Shown here: in pieces, positions 8,077 through 15,626 of the stretch | Layout: each line of letters begins with the position of its first letter | How positions within the stretch are numbered: position 1 is the first letter of the stretch | IMG/VR virus record: IMGVR_UViG_3300024265_000005 | Coordinates: 1 to 55,461 of that record | Length of the DNA: 55,461 bases | Strand: one strand, 5' to 3' | Source: a virus | Lineage: Duplodnaviria; Caudoviricetes | The notes under the pieces: model-generated | What the model was told of the DNA's origin: nothing | The model's input: the letters and a program-made list of their open reading frames with translations, nothing else | Database searches by the model: none | Translations under genes and position numbers: made by a program

Positions 8077-8781
8077 ATGATGAAAAGAATGATAGCAACA
8101 ATTTGTTTAGTACTGGCACAGAGTGCAGTCGGTCTGACACCGATTGGAAATCCGACAGTAAAACCAAACGACGGATGGCAAGCAGCTTTCAATTATGTGC
8201 ATTCTTCGCAAGACGTGGAACTGTCTGGCTACGGATTGACCGGAACAGGAGACATCACGGTTAATGATTTCCTAGGAGAAATTGGTGCAAACGTAACGGA
8301 AGATTGGTATTTGGCATTTCTTATAGGGCTTGGAAAAGCGGATATCGATGATGTTGAATTCAACGGCGTAAAGATTGGTGCTCGTGCAAAGCACACGTTC
8401 ATTCGTCAAGAAAAAGTTGATTGGTCTTCTTCGTTCAACATATTTCTTTCCAATTTCGCCGAGGACGTATCTTTGCCTGATATTCATCGAAAGGTTCAAG
8501 TCGATGTCACTTATATGGAGATGACTGTTGCAATTGGTCCGACCTTCCACATAACGGAGGATGTAGATTTATACGGCGGACTTGGACTTCATTATTTGAC
8601 TGGAGAAATGGATGTCAACGTTCCAGGGCCGAATCTATCTTTCAACATAGAAAAGGATTTCAATTTAGGAGGCTTCATCGGATTATCTGTCGCAGCGACT
8701 AAGCATATCAGCCTTGACATCGAGGCTCAAATGTTCGAAGATGCGAAGGCAATAGCATTCCGATTTAGCTATCGTTTCTGA
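8077..8781 (+). CDS. Outer-membrane beta-barrel protein
   Basis: Signal peptide, alternating amphipathic beta-strands, C-terminal FRFSYRF beta-signal ending in Phe. Confidence 0.8.
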   Translation: MMKRMIATICLVLAQSAVGLTPIGNPTVKPNDGWQAAFNYVHSSQDVELSGYGLTGTGDITVNDFLGEIGANVTEDWYLAFLIGLGKADIDDVEFNGVKIGARAKHTFIRQEKVDWSSSFNIFLSNFAEDVSLPDIHRKVQVDVTYMEMTVAIGPTFHITEDVDLYGGLGLHYLTGEMDVNVPGPNLSFNIEKDFNLGGFIGLSVAATKHISLDIEAQMFEDAKAIAFRFSYRF

Positions 8782-8803
8782 AACTGTAAGAATCCAGAGA
8801 ATG

Positions 8804-8867
8804 AGTGGGCGGTTGCAGCTAAAAAAGTATGACGCAATTCTGTGAGCTGCGCCGCCTACTTTTCTTT
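8804..8867 (+). terminator. Large-loop terminator-like hairpin
   Basis: agtgggcggt-t-gcagct / agctgc-gccgcctact followed by tttcttt. Confidence 0.6.
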
Positions 8868-9002
8868 GAAAAAACAAGGTTAATATCCCAGAAAAAAATC
8901 ACAAACTCGCAGTGCGGTTTAAATTCCTTCTAAAAAAACAGAAAATTTTCCACTTGTAAGTTGAGGTACTTGCTTGAATTAGAAAATAGTTCAAAAATTC
9001 TT

Positions 9003-9031
9003 TTGCTTTGTTCGCATAATTGTGTTATAAT
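9003..9031 (+). promoter_or_regulatory. Sigma70-type promoter P2
   Basis: TTGCTT-17 bp-TATAAT with extended -10 TG; upstream sequence aligns with P1. Confidence 0.8.
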
Positions 9032-9265
9032 TAGGTTAGTTGTTTGACAAGTTCATAATACGATGGTTGCTGCAAACGGCATCCAAAATTCTGGCAAATC
9101 CGAATGGGCTGTAGTCGGGCGAAAATTCAGGGCTGGAATAAAACGATTTTCTGGGCTGTACGAAACCACACCGAGTTGCTCGGTTTAGGGATCGCGGAAT
9201 GGGCAAGCCACGCTTGAGCTTGTGGGCATGAAGCGGTTGGACGGTTAACGGCAGAGCGGAAAGCC

Positions 9266-9310
9266 AACTCCGAATGGGCAAGACTGGCGGTTCGATTCCG
9301 CTGCGGAGTT
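9266..9310 (+). ncRNA. tRNA-like minihelix 1 (closing stem plus T-arm, no D or anticodon arm)
   Basis: aactccg/cggagtt stem enclosing ggcgg-TTCGATT-ccgct. Confidence 0.6.
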
Positions 9311-9335
9311 TTAACTTTTTGAAGGAGAACGAATC

Positions 9336-9629
9336 ATGGCAACAAAAATAAAAGAAACATGTTGTGAAGAGATAATGGATGGATTTCATTTGCGTAAATG
9401 CGACAAACCTGCTGGACATGGTCCTGATAAAAAGCACTGTTGGCAGCACAATCCGGCAAGGATAGAAAAACAAGCAAAAGAAAAAAATCAACAACGGGAA
9501 GAGAAAATTTGTAAAGAAATGCATATGCTAGCAGAAAGAGAAGACCGACGTCTCCGCATCTCTATTCTTCTTTCCCTTGCCGAAGGAATTTCTACGAAGA
9601 ATTTGAAAGAATGTCAGTTGATAAGTTAA
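9336..9629 (+). CDS. Hypothetical protein with Cys/His cluster
   Basis: 97 aa, CC..C...C.QH pattern, AAGGAG RBS. Confidence 0.7.
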   Translation: MATKIKETCCEEIMDGFHLRKCDKPAGHGPDKKHCWQHNPARIEKQAKEKNQQREEKICKEMHMLAEREDRRLRISILLSLAEGISTKNLKECQLIS

Positions 9630-9637
9630 AAGAAGCA

Positions 9638-9675
9638 GCCCTGAACGGCTCGCAGGTTCAACTCCTGCACAGGGC
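9638..9675 (+). ncRNA. tRNA-like minihelix 2
   Basis: gccctg/cagggc stem enclosing gcagg-TTCAACT-cctgc. Confidence 0.6.
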
Positions 9676-9677
9676 AT

Positions 9678-9767
9678 TATGAGAGATCAAATTGATTCGA
9701 AGCCACCGGGCGCACTTCGGCTAGTTCTTCTTTTAGTCAGAGTCTCTCATACGCCCGGTGGCTTTTT
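9678..9767 (+). promoter_or_regulatory. Pseudoknot / attenuator-like RNA leader
   Basis: 13-bp stem 9700-9712/9752-9764 plus T tract; upstream 9678-9686 is complementary to loop segment 9743-9751. Confidence 0.6.
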
Positions 9768-9778
9768 AGGAGGCTCAT

Positions 9779-10417
9779 ATGAAAGCCAAGAAGAAAAAAT
9801 CTGAACTCCAAGAAGCAATGCAGGAAGTTGGCGATTTAGTTCTCGCTAAAAAAAGGACAAGAGAATATCCTTTCAAGACGAAATGCAAAAATTGTGGACA
9901 CGAAGATGGCATGGCTTCGGATCGTACCGGACTCAATCATCTAGTTTGTTTTAAATGTGGAAAAGTTGGAACAACATCTTACAAAAGGAGCAAGATCATG
10001 GCAAAGAAAAAGGTAAAAGTAAAAAGAGCGAAAGCAAAGAGAGTCAAAAAGGCAAAGACAAAAAAGGCTACACACACAGTTGCACGAGCAGTCGGCAGGA
10101 ACGGCCTCGGCGTTATCGCAACATGGGTTACGTTGTTCAAAGACAACGCCAGAGAAAAATTGACCGACGAAGGCATTAGCAAGGCGATCAAGAAGAATTT
10201 TCCGGGACGTGAATCGGCTATTTTCGACCATGTTCAGGCAGTTCGATATCGTTACAACAAGGGTGCTTTGACGAAAGGCAAAACGCCTGTCGTCGAATCA
10301 GTTCGTTATGGCGCAGACGGCAACGTAGCATCCGCCAGAGGCAAGTCTACTAAGAAGAAGGTTGCCAAGAAGAAGGTTGTCAAAAAGAAAAAGACCAAGA
10401 AAGTCAAAAGAGCCTAA
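9779..10417 (+). CDS. Zn-ribbon fused to a histone H1-like Lys/Ala-rich DNA-binding protein; probable internal start at 9998
   Basis: CKNC..CFKC N-terminal part; second in-frame AAGGAG+ATG at 9998; K/A/V-rich tails flank a globular core. Confidence 0.75.
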   Translation: MKAKKKKSELQEAMQEVGDLVLAKKRTREYPFKTKCKNCGHEDGMASDRTGLNHLVCFKCGKVGTTSYKRSKIMAKKKVKVKRAKAKRVKKAKTKKATHTVARAVGRNGLGVIATWVTLFKDNAREKLTDEGISKAIKKNFPGRESAIFDHVQAVRYRYNKGALTKGKTPVVESVRYGADGNVASARGKSTKKKVAKKKVVKKKKTKKVKRA

Positions 10418-10422
10418 CAGCG

Positions 10423-10455
10423 AAGCCTGCGTTCTTCGGAGCGTAGGCTTTTCTT
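10423..10455 (+). terminator. Intrinsic terminator with UUCG tetraloop
   Basis: aagcctgcgttc-TTCG-gagcgtaggctt-ttctt. Confidence 0.85.
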
Positions 10456-10632
10456 ATGCGCGCAGATATGGCAGTTCCAAGCACCAGCTTCGACGCTGCT
10501 GAGATTAAGCCCTGCCTCTGGCACGATTGCCTCAAACTCAGACGAAACGGCTTAGGCTGGAGGCTGCAGGCGTGCGATTTATCGTTGTTTTCGGCTGGAA
10601 CTAGCTGATTTGACAAATTCCCGAAAAAACAT

Positions 10633-10661
10633 TTGCAATTTGGTCGAAAATGCTTTATAAT
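10633..10661 (+). promoter_or_regulatory. Sigma70-type promoter P3
   Basis: TTGCAA-17 bp-TATAAT. Confidence 0.8.
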
Positions 10662-10666
10662 AGAAG

Positions 10667-10750
10667 TGGTTTGACGGACGGATCCTGGAATTTAAAAGCA
10701 GCGTCGGTGCCAATTCTTTGTCCGGTGAACCAGCCGACGCTGCTTTTTTT
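10667..10750 (+). promoter_or_regulatory. Pseudoknot / attenuator-like leader immediately after P3
   Basis: 14-bp stem 10694-10707/10734-10747 plus T tract; 10667-10679 pairs with 10720-10732 (one mismatch). Confidence 0.65.
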
Positions 10751-10771
10751 ATTGAAAGGAACTTATTATGC

Positions 10772-10893
10772 GAACGCAGATACACTTCAGCGAATCACAC
10801 AGGCGATCTGTCCTTCCTCATTTCCGCTGTTGCTCGAATCTCTCAAAGTTGTTGCAACAAAACAGATTGCTTTATTCGCTTTGCTCTGTGTTC
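10772..10893 (+). ncRNA. Candidate rod-like structured RNA
   Basis: Four nested helices of 9, 7, 11 and 6 bp, followed by a T tract. Confidence 0.5.
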
Positions 10894-10914
10894 TCACTTT
10901 TTTGAAAGGATAGT

Positions 10915-11103
10915 GTGATGAAATATTATCGATTGTCTCTCGAGGGCAAAATCATTGGTTTTAGACGTAAGTCGAAACTAGGAACTGAGAGTGAATATCT
11001 GGCCATGGCAGGTCACAATTGGAACCTGAAAAAGCTTAATTACGACGCCGAAGTTTGGCTCGGAACACCACCTGTAGGAATTGCTCATCTGAAAAGATCA
11101 TGA
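10915..11103 (+). CDS. Hypothetical protein
   Basis: 62 aa ORF with AAGGA RBS. Confidence 0.6.
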   Translation: MMKYYRLSLEGKIIGFRRKSKLGTESEYLAMAGHNWNLKKLNYDAEVWLGTPPVGIAHLKRS

Positions 11104-11230
11104 AAAAACTTTACCGACAAGAATATGCTTGGAAGGATGATGAACAAATATAAAGGTTAGGTTTATCCGCATTTGAATTGGGTACCGTAATTAAGAAAAA
11201 GAATAAACCGATTTATTGGAGGTTATTGAA

Positions 11231-11545
11231 ATGGCAATATTGACAGCAAATTATGACATAATTGATCCCAGAGATCAGCTTATTATAGTTAAGTCGCAGA
11301 TCAAAATTGAAACGTATTTGATTTCAGCTTTTATAGCTGATTTGTATGACGCTGATGAAGAATTTGCTGCGTCAATTGAGATTGAGGACTTTCGGATTAA
11401 AGAATGGGATGACAGGGAATGGATAGTTCGGCTCATTGATCAAGATCCAGTGGAATGCCAAGAGATTCTTGAAAAGTTACTTGAGCGTCAATCTGGTTGG
11501 GGTTCTACAAATTGGTCTTGTTCAATGTTGCTTAAAGAAGTATAA
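11231..11545 (+). CDS. Acidic hypothetical protein
   Basis: GGAGG RBS before ATG 11231. Confidence 0.65.
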   Translation: MAILTANYDIIDPRDQLIIVKSQIKIETYLISAFIADLYDADEEFAASIEIEDFRIKEWDDREWIVRLIDQDPVECQEILEKLLERQSGWGSTNWSCSMLLKEV

Positions 11546-11550
11546 TTGAA

Positions 11551-11829
11551 ATGCCTAAGCTTAAACTTGACTGGAGCAAGTGGAAAATAATCAGAGCCAA
11601 GATTCTGGAGCGAGATAACTATCAGTGCCAGTATTGCAAAGTCACAATGGAGCAGTTGGCTAAGATTAAAGGTAGAACGGATCGCTTGTTGCTTGTTCAC
11701 CATATTTTCAACATGGGTGGCGACAACGAAGAGAATTTGGTAACGCTTTGTTATAAGGGTCATTACTCCGCTGGCATACTTGGCAGCAAAGTTTCAGAAG
11801 CAATGTTAAGAAGAAGAGGTTGCAGGTAG
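11551..11829 (+). CDS. HNH-family protein, possibly degenerate
   Basis: ILERDNYQCQYC...VHHI...ENLVTLC; the second CxxC reads CYKG. Confidence 0.7.
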   Translation: MPKLKLDWSKWKIIRAKILERDNYQCQYCKVTMEQLAKIKGRTDRLLLVHHIFNMGGDNEENLVTLCYKGHYSAGILGSKVSEAMLRRRGCR

Positions 11830-12170
11830 AATCAGCAGCAACATTGTTATGAGCCAGCCAGCCAGTTATGTCAGCCTTTATAGTGTTTTCAATTCAAAAA
11901 GCCGAAAACCGGTTAACCCAGCCTAAAGCATGCCCAAATTCGACATGAGGCTCGCCGCTGGCCGGTTTTCAGCCTTGGGCCGGTGCGATTGGGCCGGACT
12001 GGCTGCGAATCAGCTGGGCGAGACGCTGGGGTCGTTGGAATTTGATGGCCACAAATCAAGGTAAATGACCGGGTTGAGAAATTCCAAGCAGGAATTTGAG
12101 AAATTCCATTTGCCGCATAGGTGGAAATGCCTTAAGATGGCTCTAAGTCCATGAGAAAAAAGGAATAAAG

Positions 12171-13535
12171 ATGCATCAAAGAAAATTATATGATTACGAA
12201 CAAAGGGCATTGACTTGGGCATTTCCACGTAAATTAATTGTTCTTTTTATGGAGATGCGACTGGGAAAAACTTTAATAGCTATTCGTTGGGCTTCGCAGT
12301 TGTTCGGCAGGATTCTTGTAGTTGCTCCTTTGGCCGTCTGTCCTGTTTGGCAACAAGAGCTTTTTCTTGAACAACACTCTTCAGCTTTGCTTACAGGCGA
12401 TTGGAAAACTAAAAATCAAATTCTTGAAGACGATGATGTGAACTGGTTCATTACAAATTACGAAAGCCTTCATCAAAGCAGAAAGCCTTCAGCTATTTTT
12501 GACTATCGTTGGGATTGTGTTATTCTTGATGAATCAACATTTATTCGAAATCCAAAAGCACTTAGAACTAAAATGTGCCTCAAGTATTTTGATGAAGTTC
12601 AATATCGATGTATTTTAACTGGTCTTCCTAATCCAGAAAGCGCGATGGATTATTTCGAACAAATGGCTTTTGTTTATGGCGATTTTTTAGGATGCCGAAA
12701 TTTTTGGGAATTTCGTCACAAATATTTCAGACAACAAGGAACACAATGGAACTGGCAACCTCGTAAAAAAACGATTTCGAAAATTAAAAAAAGCATTTCC
12801 GTGAATACTTTTTCTTTGACACGAAAGCAAGCAGGCGTTGGTTCGAAAAAGATCTATCAAAAAAGATACGTGACATTACCTTCGCATATACGAAAAGAAT
12901 ATGATAATATTGAAAAAGATTTTGCTTTAGGCAACAGAGAAACAAAATGGACTATTGTCACAAGAGTTTGGCTTGCAAGATTAGCTGGAGGACAACCTGA
13001 AGAAGCAGAATATTGTTCGCCTCACAAAGCAAAAGAAATCAGTGGATTGTTACAAAATGAATTAGCGGATCAACAATGTGTGATCTGGTTTAGATTTACA
13101 TCTGAAATATTGTTCGTTCATCATTGGCTGAATACGAAGCATATTTCAAACGATTTTATTAATGGTGACGTTAGCCCTGCTGAACGTGAAAGAACAATAA
13201 AAAGATTTCGAAAAGGTAAATTTCGATGCTTGCTTGTTCAATTAAAATGCGGCAAGTTTGGACTTGATTATTCTTGTGCCTCAACAGCAATTTATTACAG
13301 CAACAGTTTCGAGCATGAAGAACGAAGACAATCTGAAGACCGAATAATTCATCCCGGTAAAGTAGAACCTGTGTTGATAATTGATGTACTCACAGAAAAT
13401 ACAATTGATGAAGATATTTATTCGGCTCTTAGAACTAAAAATATGAATGCGAAATTATTTGCGCATAAAATTATTGAAAATTTTGAAAAAAGAATAAGGA
13501 GAAAACTAAAATGGCAAAGGCAGAAAATACAGTAA
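12171..13535 (+). CDS. SNF2-family helicase
   Basis: MRLGKT Walker A, ILDES Walker B, LTGLP, QSEDRIIH motifs. Confidence 0.9.
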   Translation: MHQRKLYDYEQRALTWAFPRKLIVLFMEMRLGKTLIAIRWASQLFGRILVVAPLAVCPVWQQELFLEQHSSALLTGDWKTKNQILEDDDVNWFITNYESLHQSRKPSAIFDYRWDCVILDESTFIRNPKALRTKMCLKYFDEVQYRCILTGLPNPESAMDYFEQMAFVYGDFLGCRNFWEFRHKYFRQQGTQWNWQPRKKTISKIKKSISVNTFSLTRKQAGVGSKKIYQKRYVTLPSHIRKEYDNIEKDFALGNRETKWTIVTRVWLARLAGGQPEEAEYCSPHKAKEISGLLQNELADQQCVIWFRFTSEILFVHHWLNTKHISNDFINGDVSPAERERTIKRFRKGKFRCLLVQLKCGKFGLDYSCASTAIYYSNSFEHEERRQSEDRIIHPGKVEPVLIIDVLTENTIDEDIYSALRTKNMNAKLFAHKIIENFEKRIRRKLKWQRQKIQ

Positions 13536-13699
13536 CAACGACATTGACGTTGAAAAAGGAATGCACAAAAGTTGCACGATATGATAATCCAGATGAGGAC
13601 AGTGAAGTCGGTAAAGGATTTTATTTGCACAATAAATCTTATGAACAGTTAGGCAAGCCGAAACAAATCGAAATAACAATAAAAGCGCATACAAGTTGA
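13511..13699 (+). CDS. Small hypothetical protein
   Basis: 62 aa with AAGGAG RBS. Confidence 0.65.
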   Translation: MAKAENTVTTTLTLKKECTKVARYDNPDEDSEVGKGFYLHNKSYEQLGKPKQIEITIKAHTS

Positions 13700-13706
13700 G
13701 AATATT

Positions 13707-14192
13707 ATGCTAACAAAGTCACTGCTCGCGATTGATCCAGGAATTGTTTTAGGATATGCGTATTGGCCGAAAAATCGAAAGTATCCTACGAGATGCGGAA
13801 TCGTTAAACCGCATAAACGTTCCAAAGATTTCTTTCGAGACACCCATAGTACGATACATCAGTTGGGTGACATTATTTCAAAATTGAAACCTGATGCTAT
13901 TGCATGCGAATGGCCTGCTCATTTTAGTTCGGCTGGTGGAGAAGTTGCTGCCGGTAGTGGAAGCATAGTTAAATTGGCTTTTAATGTTGGACAAATTGCT
14001 TTGGCAGCTGATGCTTATAAATGTGAATTCCTTCCTGTTGGAGTGAATGCATGGAAGGGAAATTTACCGAAAAAAATTGTCAAAAAACGCATCCAAAAAA
14101 TCTTGCTGAAATCAAGACTTGAATATTTGAAACCTGAAAGCCATGCTTATGACGCGATTGGCATAGGTCTCTATGTACGAGGAATTTTCTAA
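13707..14192 (+). CDS. RuvC-like Holliday junction resolvase
   Basis: LAIDPG..GYA, ACE, WKG, HAYDAIGIG motifs. Confidence 0.85.
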   Translation: MLTKSLLAIDPGIVLGYAYWPKNRKYPTRCGIVKPHKRSKDFFRDTHSTIHQLGDIISKLKPDAIACEWPAHFSSAGGEVAAGSGSIVKLAFNVGQIALAADAYKCEFLPVGVNAWKGNLPKKIVKKRIQKILLKSRLEYLKPESHAYDAIGIGLYVRGIF

Positions 14193-14359
14193 TGAAAAAA
14201 TTAATACACAAATTGTTATGCAAATTAAATATTCACTGGACTGTCATTCAAGGTGGTGGAGCTCATTTTGGAGATGATCTTTGGACTTGTACTAGTTGCG
14301 CACGAAAAAAATACCCTGAAGTTTTTGGCGGTATCGTCATTAGAAAAATCAAAAAATAA
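14192..14359 (+). CDS. Small hypothetical protein (55 aa, not in the ORF track)
   Basis: ATG overlaps previous TAA; MKKLIHKLLCKLNIHW...CTSC. Confidence 0.55.
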   Translation: MKKLIHKLLCKLNIHWTVIQGGGAHFGDDLWTCTSCARKKYPEVFGGIVIRKIKK

Positions 14360-14371
14360 GGAGGTGGACTG

Positions 14372-14563
14372 ATGAGAATAGAAATACTTGCTAAAATAAT
14401 ATTGACAGTACCTAAACCTGCAGCAGAAGAGACTCCTGAAGATTTTGCGCTTGCTGCTGAACGGCACTTGAACAGTCTTCCACTTTGCATAATGGAAAAG
14501 TCCGCGACACAGGTAGGCGTCAGAGTACATATAGGCGGAAAGGCACCGAAGATTCTGCGATGA
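14372..14563 (+). CDS. Hypothetical protein
   Basis: AAGGAGGT RBS; stop overlaps next start. Confidence 0.65.
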   Translation: MRIEILAKIILTVPKPAAEETPEDFALAAERHLNSLPLCIMEKSATQVGVRVHIGGKAPKILR

Positions 14564-15624
14564 AAATAAAAAAGAAAAAAACTAAGCAGAAAGGCTGGGA
14601 TTTCAACAGAGATGGGGTCAGTCAAGGTTTCATCCATTCTTACATCAATTGTCGCGAACAAACTCGTCTCAGATACAAAGAACTTTGGACATCAAAAAAT
14701 GACCCAATCTTTCGAGAATTCGGTTCGTGCTTTCATTGGTTGATTCCATGGTCTTTGCAGAAACAATTTAAAAAACCTTCAGGAACAGCATCAATTAAAC
14801 GTGCTGTTGATTCATATTATTGTCTCTGGAAAAAGCAGAATCCTAAACTGACAGTTAAAAAAACCGAACAAATGGATTATGTTCTTGGTCTCGCAGAAAA
14901 AGTTCTGCCTGCGTATTTAAAACGATGGCGAGGAGATTATGCCGACCAGAAATATACAATGGGGTGCGATGTTGTTCGTGTGAAGAAATGGATGTCCTTT
15001 GAAGAAACCTGGAAAGAACCATATGAATTCAAAGTTCAACAACTCGATGCTCTTGGTAAAGTGATAACGAAAATTATTCAGCTTTTTCTACGAGGCAAGT
15101 TCGATGGAGTCTTCATAGATAAGAAGAGCGGCTTATGGCTTTTTGAAACTAAATGCTTATCAGTAATTAAAGAAGATGAAATCATGGAACTTCTGCCTCT
15201 TGATATTCAATGCATGCTTTATCTTCTTGCCATAAAACTGAAGTACAATAAAAAACCGAAAGGAGTTTTATATAACATTGTTCGTCGTCCAGGATTACGA
15301 CAAGGTAAAACTGAAACGCTCAAACAGCTTCTTGGTCGTGTCGAAAAAGATGTCAATGATCCGAAAAGACAAGATCATTATTTCAAAAGAATCGAAATGG
15401 TAATTGACTGGTCAGAAGTCGAAGAATGGCAAAGAACTTTTCTGGATCCTGTTCTCAAAGAAATTCGAGCATGGTCACAAGGAGAGATTAAAACTTGGAT
15501 GAATCCAGATGCTCTGACTTCGAAATACGGTCGATGTGAATTGTATCATTTGATCGTACATGCTGCCAAGCAGAATTTCTTCCAGAGAAAATGTGTATAT
15601 AACGAACTCGCAGATAATATTTAA
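14560..15624 (+). CDS. PD-(D/E)XK (RecB/Cas4-like) exonuclease
   Basis: FGSCFH, LRGKFDGV...LFETK, QCMLY motifs. Confidence 0.85.
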   Translation: MKIKKKKTKQKGWDFNRDGVSQGFIHSYINCREQTRLRYKELWTSKNDPIFREFGSCFHWLIPWSLQKQFKKPSGTASIKRAVDSYYCLWKKQNPKLTVKKTEQMDYVLGLAEKVLPAYLKRWRGDYADQKYTMGCDVVRVKKWMSFEETWKEPYEFKVQQLDALGKVITKIIQLFLRGKFDGVFIDKKSGLWLFETKCLSVIKEDEIMELLPLDIQCMLYLLAIKLKYNKKPKGVLYNIVRRPGLRQGKTETLKQLLGRVEKDVNDPKRQDHYFKRIEMVIDWSEVEEWQRTFLDPVLKEIRAWSQGEIKTWMNPDALTSKYGRCELYHLIVHAAKQNFFQRKCVYNELADNI

Positions 15625-15626
15625 TA

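Noticed and set aside
9093-9160. c-di-GMP-I riboswitch resemblance (GGCAAA...GGCGAAAA...CTGGGCTG)
   Set aside because: No GNRA tetraloop or receptor and poor P1 pairing; too weak without a covariance-model hit
9266-9675. Canonical tRNA or tmRNA genes
   Set aside because: T-arms are present but there is no D arm, anticodon arm, CCA end or tag reading frame
9676-9767. HDV-like / theta ribozyme after the tRNA-like element
   Set aside because: A' abuts B' with no J4/2 catalytic C segment, and the P3/L3 geometry does not fit
14560-15624. Cas4 as part of a CRISPR system
   Set aside because: Sits in a typical phage exonuclease-AAA-SSB recombination module; no array or cas1/cas2
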